Shown here in pieces: positions 1 to 6,184 of a stretch of 20,000 nucleotides of DNA. Origin of the DNA: an uncultured virus (IMG/VR IMGVR_UViG_3300010883_000016) (lineage: Duplodnaviria; Heunggongvirae; Uroviricota; Caudoviricetes); the IMG/VR virus record IMGVR_UViG_3300010883_000016, one strand, 5' to 3'. Every line of letters begins with the position of its first letter. Position 1 is the first letter of the stretch. Both the position numbers and the translations under genes were made by a program. The notes under the pieces were generated by a model. It had not been told where the DNA came from and did no database searches. It saw nothing but the letters and a program-made list of their open reading frames with translations.

Positions 1-168
1 ATCGAGGCGGAGAGTACTTCGGCTGTCATCATGGGCGCATGGGGACTTGACTACTCACCTTCAGCAATGTATCTCGCATGCTGGAAGGGTGATAGCAAGA
101 AGGTCAAGGAATCTATGAAGTCCATTCAGAGGGCGTCAAAGGATATCCTTTCGCACATCATGAAGTAG
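1..168 (+). CDS. C-terminal fragment of an ArdC/IrrE-like (polyvalent-protein type) zincin metallopeptidase-domain protein, truncated by the window start
   Basis: Frame 1 reads IEAESTSAVIMGAWGLDYSPSAMYLACWKGDSKKVKESMKSIQRASKDILSHIMK*. This fits the E-x-E-A-E-S...GLD...S..YL..W......S...I..AS..IL pattern typical of ArdC-family C-termini. A strong hairpin follows. Confidence 0.6.
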   Translation: MEAESTSAVIMGAWGLDYSPSAMYLACWKGDSKKVKESMKSIQRASKDILSHIMK

Positions 169-180
169 GAGGCACAGCGA

Positions 181-206
181 AAGGGGGTGGCGAAAGCCAC
201 CCCCTT
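181..206 (+). terminator. GC-rich hairpin, probable intrinsic terminator
   Basis: AAGGGGGTGGC-GAAA-GCCACCCCCTT just after the stop codon. Confidence 0.75.
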
Positions 207-226
207 TCCATTCATACGTATATATT

Positions 227-282
227 TTGTCGCAGATTTGCGACAATATTTTTATCAAACATATTTGTCCTTAGTATACTAT
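227..282 (+). promoter_or_regulatory. TGCGACAATA box (with inverted half-site) plus promoter-like core upstream of tRNA-Lys
   Basis: TTGTCGCA-GATT-TGCGACAATA, then 14 nt, ATTTGTCCTT-AGTA-TACTAT. Confidence 0.65.
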
Positions 283-293
283 GTATTGAATGT

Positions 294-369
294 GGGTCCG
301 TAGCTCAACTGGTAGAGCAAAGGACTTTTAATCCTTAGGTCGTGGGTTCGAGCCCCACCGGACCCACCA
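294..369 (+). tRNA. tRNA-Lys(TTT)
   Basis: Acceptor GGGTCCG/CGGACCC, anticodon arm AAGGA-CTTTTAA-TCCTT, T-loop TTCGAGC, encoded CCA. Confidence 0.97.
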
Positions 370-389
370 TTTACACGAAGGAGGTTGCT

Positions 390-1076
390 ATGACTATTTT
401 TTACGCTGGTGATACACATGGGCGTATCAATCACATCGCCAATATTGATCGACTCGCGTCCGAGGCGGGGGTCACCCATGTTGTTCAGGTTGGTGATTTT
501 GGCATTCGCTGGCCAGGCGGGCACTGCCCAATCTTCAAGTACTTTGAGAAGCGTGCTCGCAAGAACAGGCCTGGTCCAACTTGGATCACTTGTGGCGGCA
601 ACCATGATAACTGGGATAAGTGGAATGAGCTTTCTGCGGAACAGGGCCATCCCGATCTTGTTGAACTTGCTCCGGCGTGTTTTTTCGCTCAGCGTGGCTC
701 GGTTCACGTGCTTGATGGCGTAAAGCATATTTTCTGCGGCGGAGCTGAAAGCACGGATCGACACATACGAGCCGTTGGTGTTGATTGGTGGGCCGCAGAG
801 ACACCCACATATGCTGAGTTTACTCTGTTCATGGACAGGCTTGAGTCCGAAGAGCCTGACGTGGTTGTTACACATGATGCGCCTGTACGTGTACCAATCA
901 AGAGGACGCAGCGCCATACGAGCCCTACACCTACAAACCTTGAAAACATAATCAAACTCTCTGCGCACAAGCCAAAGGTTTGGTATTACGGGCATCATCA
1001 TACTATGGATGAGATTGAGGTTGATGGTGTATTGTATCGTTGCTGCGGTCTACATGGTCAGTACAAAGAAAGCTAA
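390..1076 (+). CDS. Calcineurin-like metallophosphoesterase
   Basis: Motifs GDTH, VGDFG, GNHD, THD and GHHH; RBS AAGGAGG before ATG at 390 (the track start at 342 lies inside the tRNA). Confidence 0.92.
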   Translation: MTIFYAGDTHGRINHIANIDRLASEAGVTHVVQVGDFGIRWPGGHCPIFKYFEKRARKNRPGPTWITCGGNHDNWDKWNELSAEQGHPDLVELAPACFFAQRGSVHVLDGVKHIFCGGAESTDRHIRAVGVDWWAAETPTYAEFTLFMDRLESEEPDVVVTHDAPVRVPIKRTQRHTSPTPTNLENIIKLSAHKPKVWYYGHHHTMDEIEVDGVLYRCCGLHGQYKES

Positions 1077-1079
1077 ACG

Positions 1080-1105
1080 GGAGGGGTGATGAAAGTCACC
1101 CCTCC
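1080..1105 (+). terminator. Hairpin, probable terminator
   Basis: GGAGGGGTGAT-GAAA-GTCACCCCTCC, followed 3 nt later by TGCGACAATA. Confidence 0.75.
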
Positions 1106-1108
1106 TTA

Positions 1109-1153
1109 TGCGACAATATATTTGATTTAGACTATTCATTATTTAGATGCTAT
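1109..1153 (+). promoter_or_regulatory. TGCGACAATA box plus promoter-like core
   Basis: TGCGACAATA-N15-ATTCATTATT-TAGA-TGCTAT. Confidence 0.65.
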
Positions 1154-1191
1154 TTGTAGGTGGCACTAAAGCCTACACACACGGAGCAACT

Positions 1192-1509
1192 ATGTTTATC
1201 GACGCAAATGAAATCATCAAGCTTATTGAGGCCGCGAAGGACTGTCAAGAAAGGCTGCCAGAGAATGAGCAATGGCTTCACTTTAGCGACCTTGAGGCGA
1301 CTCTTCAAAAGCTGATTGATGATGAGGGCGACCGCCTTGATCAGATGGCGAGGGAGTTTGAGGATCGCGATCAAGCCAAGCAGGATGATGCCGAGGCTGC
1401 TGCCAACGAAATGATGGAGGCTGGAGCTGCTGTCATGGATTGGGCGCGGCAAGAAAAGCTGATGGATGATGAAACTCGAAAGATTCAAGACTGGCCTGGC
1501 GCAGTCTAG
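1192..1509 (+). CDS. Hypothetical acidic helical protein
   Basis: ATG at 1192 after GGAG; lies between a promoter module and a hairpin. Confidence 0.8.
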   Translation: MFIDANEIIKLIEAAKDCQERLPENEQWLHFSDLEATLQKLIDDEGDRLDQMAREFEDRDQAKQDDAEAAANEMMEAGAAVMDWARQEKLMDDETRKIQDWPGAV

Positions 1510-1518
1510 TCGCTTTCC

Positions 1519-1536
1519 GGCCCCCTTCGGGGGGCC
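1519..1536 (+). terminator. UUCG hairpin, probable terminator
   Basis: GGCCCCC-TTCG-GGGGGCC-TTT. Confidence 0.75.
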
Positions 1537-1538
1537 TT

Positions 1539-1583
1539 TGCGACAATAAATCTTCTCCAGCATATTTATCTTTTTCGTGCTAT
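1539..1583 (+). promoter_or_regulatory. TGCGACAATA box plus promoter-like core
   Basis: TGCGACAATA-N15-ATTTATCTTT-TTCG-TGCTAT. Confidence 0.7.
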
Positions 1584-1649
1584 TTATAGGTGTCGGGAAG
1601 GAAAACAGCCGTCACCCGATGCGGCACACAACCATAAAGGACAGATAAA

Positions 1650-2090
1650 ATGGCTAATATTTTCATTGACGAGACTACCGAGGATGTTGTTGATACCATC
1701 AAGCAGACCATGAGTGTGAAGATGGACGATGACGGCACCCCCTCTGTATCATTTGCTACCAACCGAGGCAAGGGTTCAGGCGCACAAGCATTGCCTGTGA
1801 ATGAGTTTGACGAGTACGTTGCGGCGCTGGAAGAAGTTGTCGAGAATGGCATCCAAGAGATTCCAGACTGCGATCTTTCTCCGGCGGAGATGGTTCGAGA
1901 CACGATCCGCAACATTGACGGGATGATCACATTCCGGGTTCGTGGTGGAAAGGGCAGCAAGCCTGCTAAGATTCCAGCAGGACGGTTCTCCGAGGTCGTT
2001 GGACTCCTGCGCTCTACCGTGAAGTTGGTCGAAACCGCCGCGGATTCTCTGTCCGATGAAGCGGACGAGTACGAGGATGATGGAGAGTAG
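1650..2090 (+). CDS. Conserved acidic protein with two internal GKGS repeats, paralog copy 1
   Basis: MANIFIDETTEDVVDTIKQTMSV...; nearly the same protein is encoded at 4502-4936 and 19311-19778; RBS AAGGA. Confidence 0.93.
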   Translation: MANIFIDETTEDVVDTIKQTMSVKMDDDGTPSVSFATNRGKGSGAQALPVNEFDEYVAALEEVVENGIQEIPDCDLSPAEMVRDTIRNIDGMITFRVRGGKGSKPAKIPAGRFSEVVGLLRSTVKLVETAADSLSDEADEYEDDGE

Positions 2091-2099
2091 GTAATCTCT

Positions 2100-2125
2100 G
2101 GCGGGTAGGGGAAACCCTACCCGCC
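2100..2125 (+). terminator. Hairpin, probable terminator
   Basis: GGCGGGTAGGG-GAAA-CCCTACCCGCC. Confidence 0.75.
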
Positions 2126-2158
2126 TCTTCGTTTGAATCACGCATGTGGATGCCCACA

Positions 2159-2238
2159 TGCGACAATAAAAGTGCGACATAATGTCGCACATTTGCGACA
2201 TTATATCCTTGTTTAGATATTTATTTTTTACGCACTAT
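2159..2238 (+). promoter_or_regulatory. Four-half-site TGCGACA array plus promoter-like core
   Basis: TGCGACAATAAAAG-TGCGACATAATGTCGCA-CATT-TGCGACATTA-N15-ATTTATTTTT-TACG-CACTAT. Confidence 0.7.
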
Positions 2239-2327
2239 TCCTATATGGGACAAACAGACTCTAAACCACAAGGAGGTATGGCTGAGTATCCGTGAAATCA
2301 ATCACGAGTTCAGACAGGAGGTGATCT

Positions 2328-2519
2328 ATCTCTAATCCAGAAGATCGCAAGATGGCATACGGGCTTGCCCGTGATATGATTCGTAACCGCAAAGCTACTT
2401 CAGATATGATCGAGTATTCTCTTTCACTTCTTCCAGTGGCAGGATATAAGGCCTTAGGTCTTAGGTTACGCTTGCAACGAAAGTTGCAGGGTCTTTCCAC
2501 TAAATGGGAAGATATGTAA
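2328..2519 (+). CDS. Small hypothetical protein, start uncertain (ATC at 2328 or ATG at 2352)
   Basis: Open frame SNPEDRKMAYGLARDMIRNRKATSDMIEYSLSLLP...KWEDM*; AGGAGG lies 6 nt before the ATC; a hairpin follows at 2527-2551. Confidence 0.55.
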   Translation: MSNPEDRKMAYGLARDMIRNRKATSDMIEYSLSLLPVAGYKALGLRLRLQRKLQGLSTKWEDM

Positions 2520-2526
2520 GTCCCCC

Positions 2527-2551
2527 GGGGCCCCTCATTTTGAGGGGCCCC
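2527..2551 (+). terminator. Hairpin, probable terminator
   Basis: GGGGCCCCTCA-TTT-TGAGGGGCCCC-TTTT. Confidence 0.75.
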
Positions 2552-2577
2552 TTTTACACACAAGACATGAGGATGAT

Positions 2578-2781
2578 ATGAAAAAACTATGGATTCGCCC
2601 CGTTCACGACAAGAAGACTGACCGCCTTATGTCCATAGCCGTATGCACGACAAAGCATGAGGTTCTTGTGGACGAGCAGGTTCTTGAGCACTTTGCTCTT
2701 ACCATTACTGGTGGAGAGGTTCGGGACAGCTATCCCGATCATACTTTGGTTTGGGGTCCACCTATCGTTGCACTCACATAA
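2578..2781 (+). CDS. Hypothetical protein
   Basis: RBS GAGGA, ATG, 67 aa, followed by a hairpin at 2789-2810. Confidence 0.7.
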   Translation: MKKLWIRPVHDKKTDRLMSIAVCTTKHEVLVDEQVLEHFALTITGGEVRDSYPDHTLVWGPPIVALT

Positions 2782-2812
2782 GTGTGCGGGCCGCTCCCTC
2801 GGGGGCGGCCTT

Positions 2813-2857
2813 TGCGACAATAAATTCGTGCTCGCACATTTATCTTTAGAGTGCTAT
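2813..2857 (+). promoter_or_regulatory. TGCGACAATA box plus promoter-like core
   Basis: TGCGACAATA-N15-ATTTATCTTT-AGAG-TGCTAT. Confidence 0.7.
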
Positions 2858-2866
2858 ATCCCAGTA

Positions 2867-3140
2867 GGTCGAGAGAAGCATGTGCCCCGGGCACCACAGC
2901 GGACTCGCCCTCGCCCCTCCCGTGGGGTAGTTACGGAAACCGGGTGCCCGTCAGCGGGGCATGGTCACAGCTGGCGCAGGCAACGTAAGACGTTGCACGG
3001 ATGGTAGGACTGGCAAGGCAAACAGGCGTTAGCCGAGGCTGTCACGGACACTGGTGGATGCATACACCCTTGCTCCAATGGGCACTCCCCGAGGCTTTTC
3101 GATTTGCAATCGAGCTGCGCTGGTTCTGCCATCCACTTTT
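2867..3140 (+). ncRNA. Candidate structured ncRNA or long structured 5' leader
   Basis: GC-rich stretch with nested stems: 2883-2895 with 2943-2961; 2980-2986/2990-2996; 2999-3013/3120-3134; 3099-3104/3108-3113. Lies between a promoter module and the RBS of 3168. Confidence 0.5.
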
Positions 3141-3167
3141 CAATACACAACCCATTTGGAGAGAAAA

Positions 3168-3461
3168 ATGTATAATGTCGCTATTGACTTTGAGAATCAC
3201 AGGGTAACCGGCTGGGCCGACCTCTGCGGCCCCTATGCTGAGATTGAGGGCTCCGAGGTTACTTCGGTAACTCCAGCGAATGATAACAAAGACTTTCGCG
3301 AGCGAGCTATGGATGCTGTGGTATCCGCAGCTTTCAAAATGCATCAAGATGCGTTCGCTGGCCATAGTCACCCAGATGACTATGATGACTATGGTGACCA
3401 CCACCAGACCGGGCCTGATTACTGGGTTGACCGTGAGTCTGGAGAGTATCGCTGCGGGTAA
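3168..3461 (+). CDS. Hypothetical protein with D/H/Y-rich C-terminus
   Basis: RBS GGAGAG before ATG at 3168 (MYNVAIDFEN...); followed by a hairpin at 3469-3486. Confidence 0.75.
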   Translation: MYNVAIDFENHRVTGWADLCGPYAEIEGSEVTSVTPANDNKDFRERAMDAVVSAAFKMHQDAFAGHSHPDDYDDYGDHHQTGPDYWVDRESGEYRCG

Positions 3462-3489
3462 AAGCCCAGCCCCCCTTTCGGGGGGCCTT

Positions 3490-3597
3490 TGCGACAATAA
3501 ATTTGCGACATAATGTCGCATACGCGCGACAATATAATTTCTATAGGATATTTATTATGTTTGTGTCTCTTTATAATATTTGTACCTAATGCGCTAT
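3490..3597 (+). promoter_or_regulatory. Four-half-site TGCGACA array plus promoter-like cores
   Basis: TGCGACAATAAATT-TGCGACATAATGTCGCA-TACG-CGCGACAATA-N15-ATTTATTATG; second core ATTTGTACCT-AATG-CGCTAT at 3578-3597. Confidence 0.65.
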
Positions 3598-3643
3598 GAA
3601 TAGATGCAATCATGCACGTGAATATGTTTTAGGAGGTATGGAT

Positions 3644-3796
3644 ATGAGTTTGTATCGTGTTTCTGGCACTTGGACTAATAGCTTGGAAGGGCGGAGAGAA
3701 GCTATTATTTCCAGACTAAAGGCTAGGATTAGAAAGGAAGCTGAAAAGAATGATGTGAAGAAGCTATTGGAGGATCAGGATGCCACTAAACAATAG
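3644..3796 (+). CDS. Small hypothetical protein
   Basis: AGGAGG RBS; ATG at 3638 or 3644. Confidence 0.6.
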   Translation: MSLYRVSGTWTNSLEGRREAIISRLKARIRKEAEKNDVKKLLEDQDATKQ

Positions 3797-3974
3797 TTAC
3801 TATCTAATATCTATTTTAGAGGCAGCTTGGAAGCTAAATGATGATTTATCTTTAGCACAGTTAGTGCACAATGCAGCGTCAAGGGTCGGTATCGAATCCC
3901 ATGACATTTCTGATTGTGACGATAAACAATTGGCGGAAGGTCTACATCGATTGATCATCGAAAATAACTTCTAG
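3780..3974 (+). CDS. Hypothetical protein
   Basis: GGAGG upstream; overlaps the previous gene; 64 aa. Confidence 0.65.
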   Translation: MPLNNSYYLISILEAAWKLNDDLSLAQLVHNAASRVGIESHDISDCDDKQLAEGLHRLIIENNF

Positions 3975-3989
3975 AAATTATGCATACGT

Positions 3990-4025
3990 GGGTGTGGTGT
4001 GTTTATTCATTGACATGCCATGCCC
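3990..4025 (+). terminator. G-U-rich hairpin between convergent genes
   Basis: GGGTGTGGTGTGT/ACATGCCATGCCC; the mismatches resolve as G-U pairs on the + strand transcript. Confidence 0.5.
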
Positions 4026-4063
4026 TTAGCGCGTACTATATATTTGGTGCGACAATATTTTTA

Positions 4064-4363
4064 TTAAACTTTAAGCACGTCCGTGTCATTAGGATCGAGC
4101 ACTTCGACTTTAACATACGTATGTGTATCCGGATCGTACTTAAGTCTAAACTTTGAGAAGTAATCTATCATTCCTTCTTTGCTGTCTAGTCTTTCTCGCA
4201 TTTCCTTTTGGTTCTTTGATTCTTTGATAAACCTTTCCATTCTCTCAACAGCAATCTTATTTCTTTTATCTTGACGTTTTTTGCTATAAATTGCTTCACC
4301 AAAAGTTATTAAGCATAGAAGGCAAGAGAACCCTATGATGAATATTATAAATTGATAATCCAT
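4064..4363 (-). CDS. AT-rich hypothetical membrane-anchored protein
   Basis: RBS AAGGAG on the minus strand; MDYQFIIFIIGFSCLLCLITFG hydrophobic N-terminus followed by a charged region. Confidence 0.75.
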   Translation of the reverse strand: MDYQFIIFIIGFSCLLCLITFGEAIYSKKRQDKRNKIAVERMERFIKESKNQKEMRERLDSKEGMIDYFSKFRLKYDPDTHTYVKVEVLDPNDTDVLKV

Positions 4364-4406
4364 ATTATCTCCTTTATATAAAGTGATTATACTTATCTTT
4401 TTAAAC

Positions 4407-4450
4407 TGCGACAATAAATATTTTTTGAAGATTTATCTTTTTCATGCTAT
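4407..4450 (+). promoter_or_regulatory. TGCGACAATA box plus promoter-like core
   Basis: TGCGACAATA-N14-ATTTATCTTT-TTCA-TGCTAT. Confidence 0.7.
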
Positions 4451-4501
4451 CTTGTGGTAGGTGGCAAAGTCGCTACCCAATCAAGCCGAGAGGACAGAAC
4501 A

Positions 4502-4936
4502 ATGGCTAATATTTTTATTGACGAAACCACGGAAGATGTGGTGGACACCATCAAGCAGACTATGAGCGTCAAGCTGGACGACGATTCGGGGCAGCCCACC
4601 GTCAGCTTCGCGACCAATCGGGGTAAGGGCTCGGGTGCCCAGCAGATTTCCACCGATGATTTCGATGAGTACGTCGCTGCTCTTGAGGAAGTCGTGGATA
4701 ACGGTCTGCCGGAGCAGGTTCAGTGGGATATGTCCCCTGCCGATATGGTTCGGGATACCATTCGGAATGTGGACGGTGTGATCACCTTCCGTGTTCGGAA
4801 CGGGAAGGGCTCTAAGCCCGCTAAGATCCCCTCTGACCGCTTCTCTGAGGTTGTCACCCTCCTCCGCTCCACCGTTTCTCTTGTGGAAACGGCTGCCGGT
4901 TCCCTCTCCGACTCTGATGAGTCGGCTGAGGAGTAA
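4502..4936 (+). CDS. Conserved acidic protein with two internal GKGS repeats, paralog copy 2
   Basis: RBS GAGGA; ATG at 4502; about 80% identical by eye to copies 1 and 3. Confidence 0.93.
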   Translation: MANIFIDETTEDVVDTIKQTMSVKLDDDSGQPTVSFATNRGKGSGAQQISTDDFDEYVAALEEVVDNGLPEQVQWDMSPADMVRDTIRNVDGVITFRVRNGKGSKPAKIPSDRFSEVVTLLRSTVSLVETAAGSLSDSDESAEE

Positions 4937-4942
4937 ACCTAA

Positions 4943-5019
4943 ATGACCCGAGGCAAGTCATAAAACTGCCTCCCTCTGTGTGTTGTGTGTGCACCTGGGC
5001 CATGTGTATAAACTGGCCC
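4943..5019 (+). ncRNA. Two tandem H-type pseudoknot motifs
   Basis: ATGAC-CC-GAGGCA-A-GTCAT-AAAAC-TGCCTC (4943-4972) and TGCAC-CT-GGGCCA-T-GTGTA-TAAAC-TGGCCC (4990-5019), with the same 5-2-6-1-5-5-6 geometry. Confidence 0.6.
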
Positions 5020-5026
5020 CCTTTAT

Positions 5027-5086
5027 GAGGCAGCTGGATACGAGAGTGATTCTCATAACTGATTGGGTTCGACTCCCATTGCCTTT
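5027..5086 (+). ncRNA. tRNA-like element or tRNA pseudogene lacking a D-arm
   Basis: Acceptor-like GAGGCAG/TTGCCTT, T-arm TGGG-TTCGACT-CCCA, internal CTCATAA; no CCA. Confidence 0.4.
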
Positions 5087-5170
5087 GGGCAAGCATGATG
5101 GATGCATCGGCCAGCAGCGGGAATCCACAACGGGGGCACCCTGATGCTCTTCCAACGTGCAGGTCCTGGA

Positions 5171-5200
5171 AGGGAGAGGTTAGGGCCTCTCCCTCCTTTT
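5171..5200 (+). terminator. Probable intrinsic terminator
   Basis: AGGGAGAGGT-TAGG-GCCTCTCCCT-CC-TTTT, then TGCGACAATA at 5203. Confidence 0.7.
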
Positions 5201-5232
5201 ATTGCGACAATAAATATTCTTTGGAGTTACGT

Positions 5233-5430
5233 ATGCATATAAAAAGTATATACGATAGATTTGGAAAGTTCATTGCAGAGCGAGTTGATGAAGGTCCTAA
5301 GATAGTTATCTATGCTATGGATGGTTCATACATAGGCGAGTATGTAAAGGAGGATGATTCAACCTATGATAAGCATGGAACCTTTATGGGTAATGGCGAC
5401 CTTACAACAACGCTCATTAAACAGTTTTAG
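5233..5430 (+). CDS. Small beta-rich protein with YDxxGxxIG-type repeats
   Basis: RBS GGAG; repeats IYDRFGKFIA / IYAMDGSYIG / TYDKHGTFMG. Confidence 0.7.
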   Translation: MHIKSIYDRFGKFIAERVDEGPKIVIYAMDGSYIGEYVKEDDSTYDKHGTFMGNGDLTTTLIKQF

Positions 5431-5436
5431 TTAGGT

Positions 5437-5545
5437 TGCGACAATAAAACTGCAGCTGGCGTTCTGCGCCCTGCGACAATATAGTTGGTATCGGATATTT
5501 ATCTTTTTCAGATCGTCCTAATCATATCCATTATTCGTGTGCTAT
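5437..5545 (+). promoter_or_regulatory. Two TGCGACAATA boxes 35 bp apart plus promoter-like cores
   Basis: Boxes at 5437 and 5472; N15-ATTTATCTTT; second core ATCCATTATT-CGTG-TGCTAT at 5526-5545. Confidence 0.65.
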
Positions 5546-5587
5546 GATTATGGGTAAGCACAACAGAGCAAGCCATAGGAGGCCCAA

Positions 5588-5875
5588 ATGATTGAGGTTA
5601 CTTGTAATATCGGAACAGACGATCATCCAATGTGGGGAGTGTACCGTTATATAAACGATGATGATAAAAAGTATTGGTTAGGTATATGTCCACTTGAGGG
5701 CGCACACTTTATCCGTAACACTGTAACTCCAACGGTCCATTGGACTACTCTAAGGAAAGCCGCTATTGAAGATGGCATTGACCCAGCTTCTTTTATGGCA
5801 AAGAAGGCTGAAAAGAAAGTATCTTCACCTCGGCAACGTAAAGCTAAAAAGAATCCTGGTATCTCTATCTTCTAA
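5588..5875 (+). CDS. Hypothetical protein with basic C-terminus
   Basis: AGGAGG RBS; 95 aa. Confidence 0.8.
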   Translation: MIEVTCNIGTDDHPMWGVYRYINDDDKKYWLGICPLEGAHFIRNTVTPTVHWTTLRKAAIEDGIDPASFMAKKAEKKVSSPRQRKAKKNPGISIF

Positions 5876-5899
5876 TCCCTTATAATAAAGGAAACTAAA

Positions 5900-6130
5900 A
5901 TGACCCGTAGTAAAAACATTGATGATGAGATCCGAGCCTTTCTTGATAATGGTGGTGAAGTTACGCTGCTAAAGTATGCAGACCAAAAGATGCAAAATAA
6001 GTCCAGACGCATAGACTTTCATAAAGACAAAGCTCTGAATGGATCTGAAAAGTCAAAGGGCTTTCTTGAGCGCGAACATACACGCGAACAGGGTATGATT
6101 TTTTCTCGCACAGAAAGACTGAAGCAATAA
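5900..6130 (+). CDS. Hypothetical phage protein
   Basis: AAGGA RBS; 'I.AFL..GG.V' motif seen in small phage proteins. Confidence 0.75.
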   Translation: MTRSKNIDDEIRAFLDNGGEVTLLKYADQKMQNKSRRIDFHKDKALNGSEKSKGFLEREHTREQGMIFSRTERLKQ

Positions 6131-6184
6131 CAATCGCCCGCTGGCAGACCGGATATAGTCTGCCATTTTCTTTGGAGTTTTATC

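Noticed and set aside
279..1001. Long minus-strand ORFs (279-1001, 1580-1960, 1776-2201, 3042-3521 and similar) and shadow ORFs over tRNAs
   Set aside because: They are antisense to well-supported genes or tRNAs, lack an RBS and show no recognisable motifs.
2171..2200. AGTGCGACATAATGT resembles the XerC arm of a dif site
   Set aside because: No XerD arm (TTATGTTAAAT-like) follows; the sequence is better explained as the TGCGACA palindrome.
2900..2962. CCC-TCCCGT-GGG looks like P3/L3 of an HDV-like ribozyme
   Set aside because: I could not build a clean P1 helix or canonical J4/2, and an alternative nested fold is stronger; kept only as part of the unclassified RNA.
5095..5232. N-terminal extensions in the ORF track (5095; also 342, 1147, 3054, 4454, 9896, 19844)
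   Set aside because: They run through terminators, promoters, tRNA or upstream genes; internal ATGs have clear RBSs or match paralog starts.
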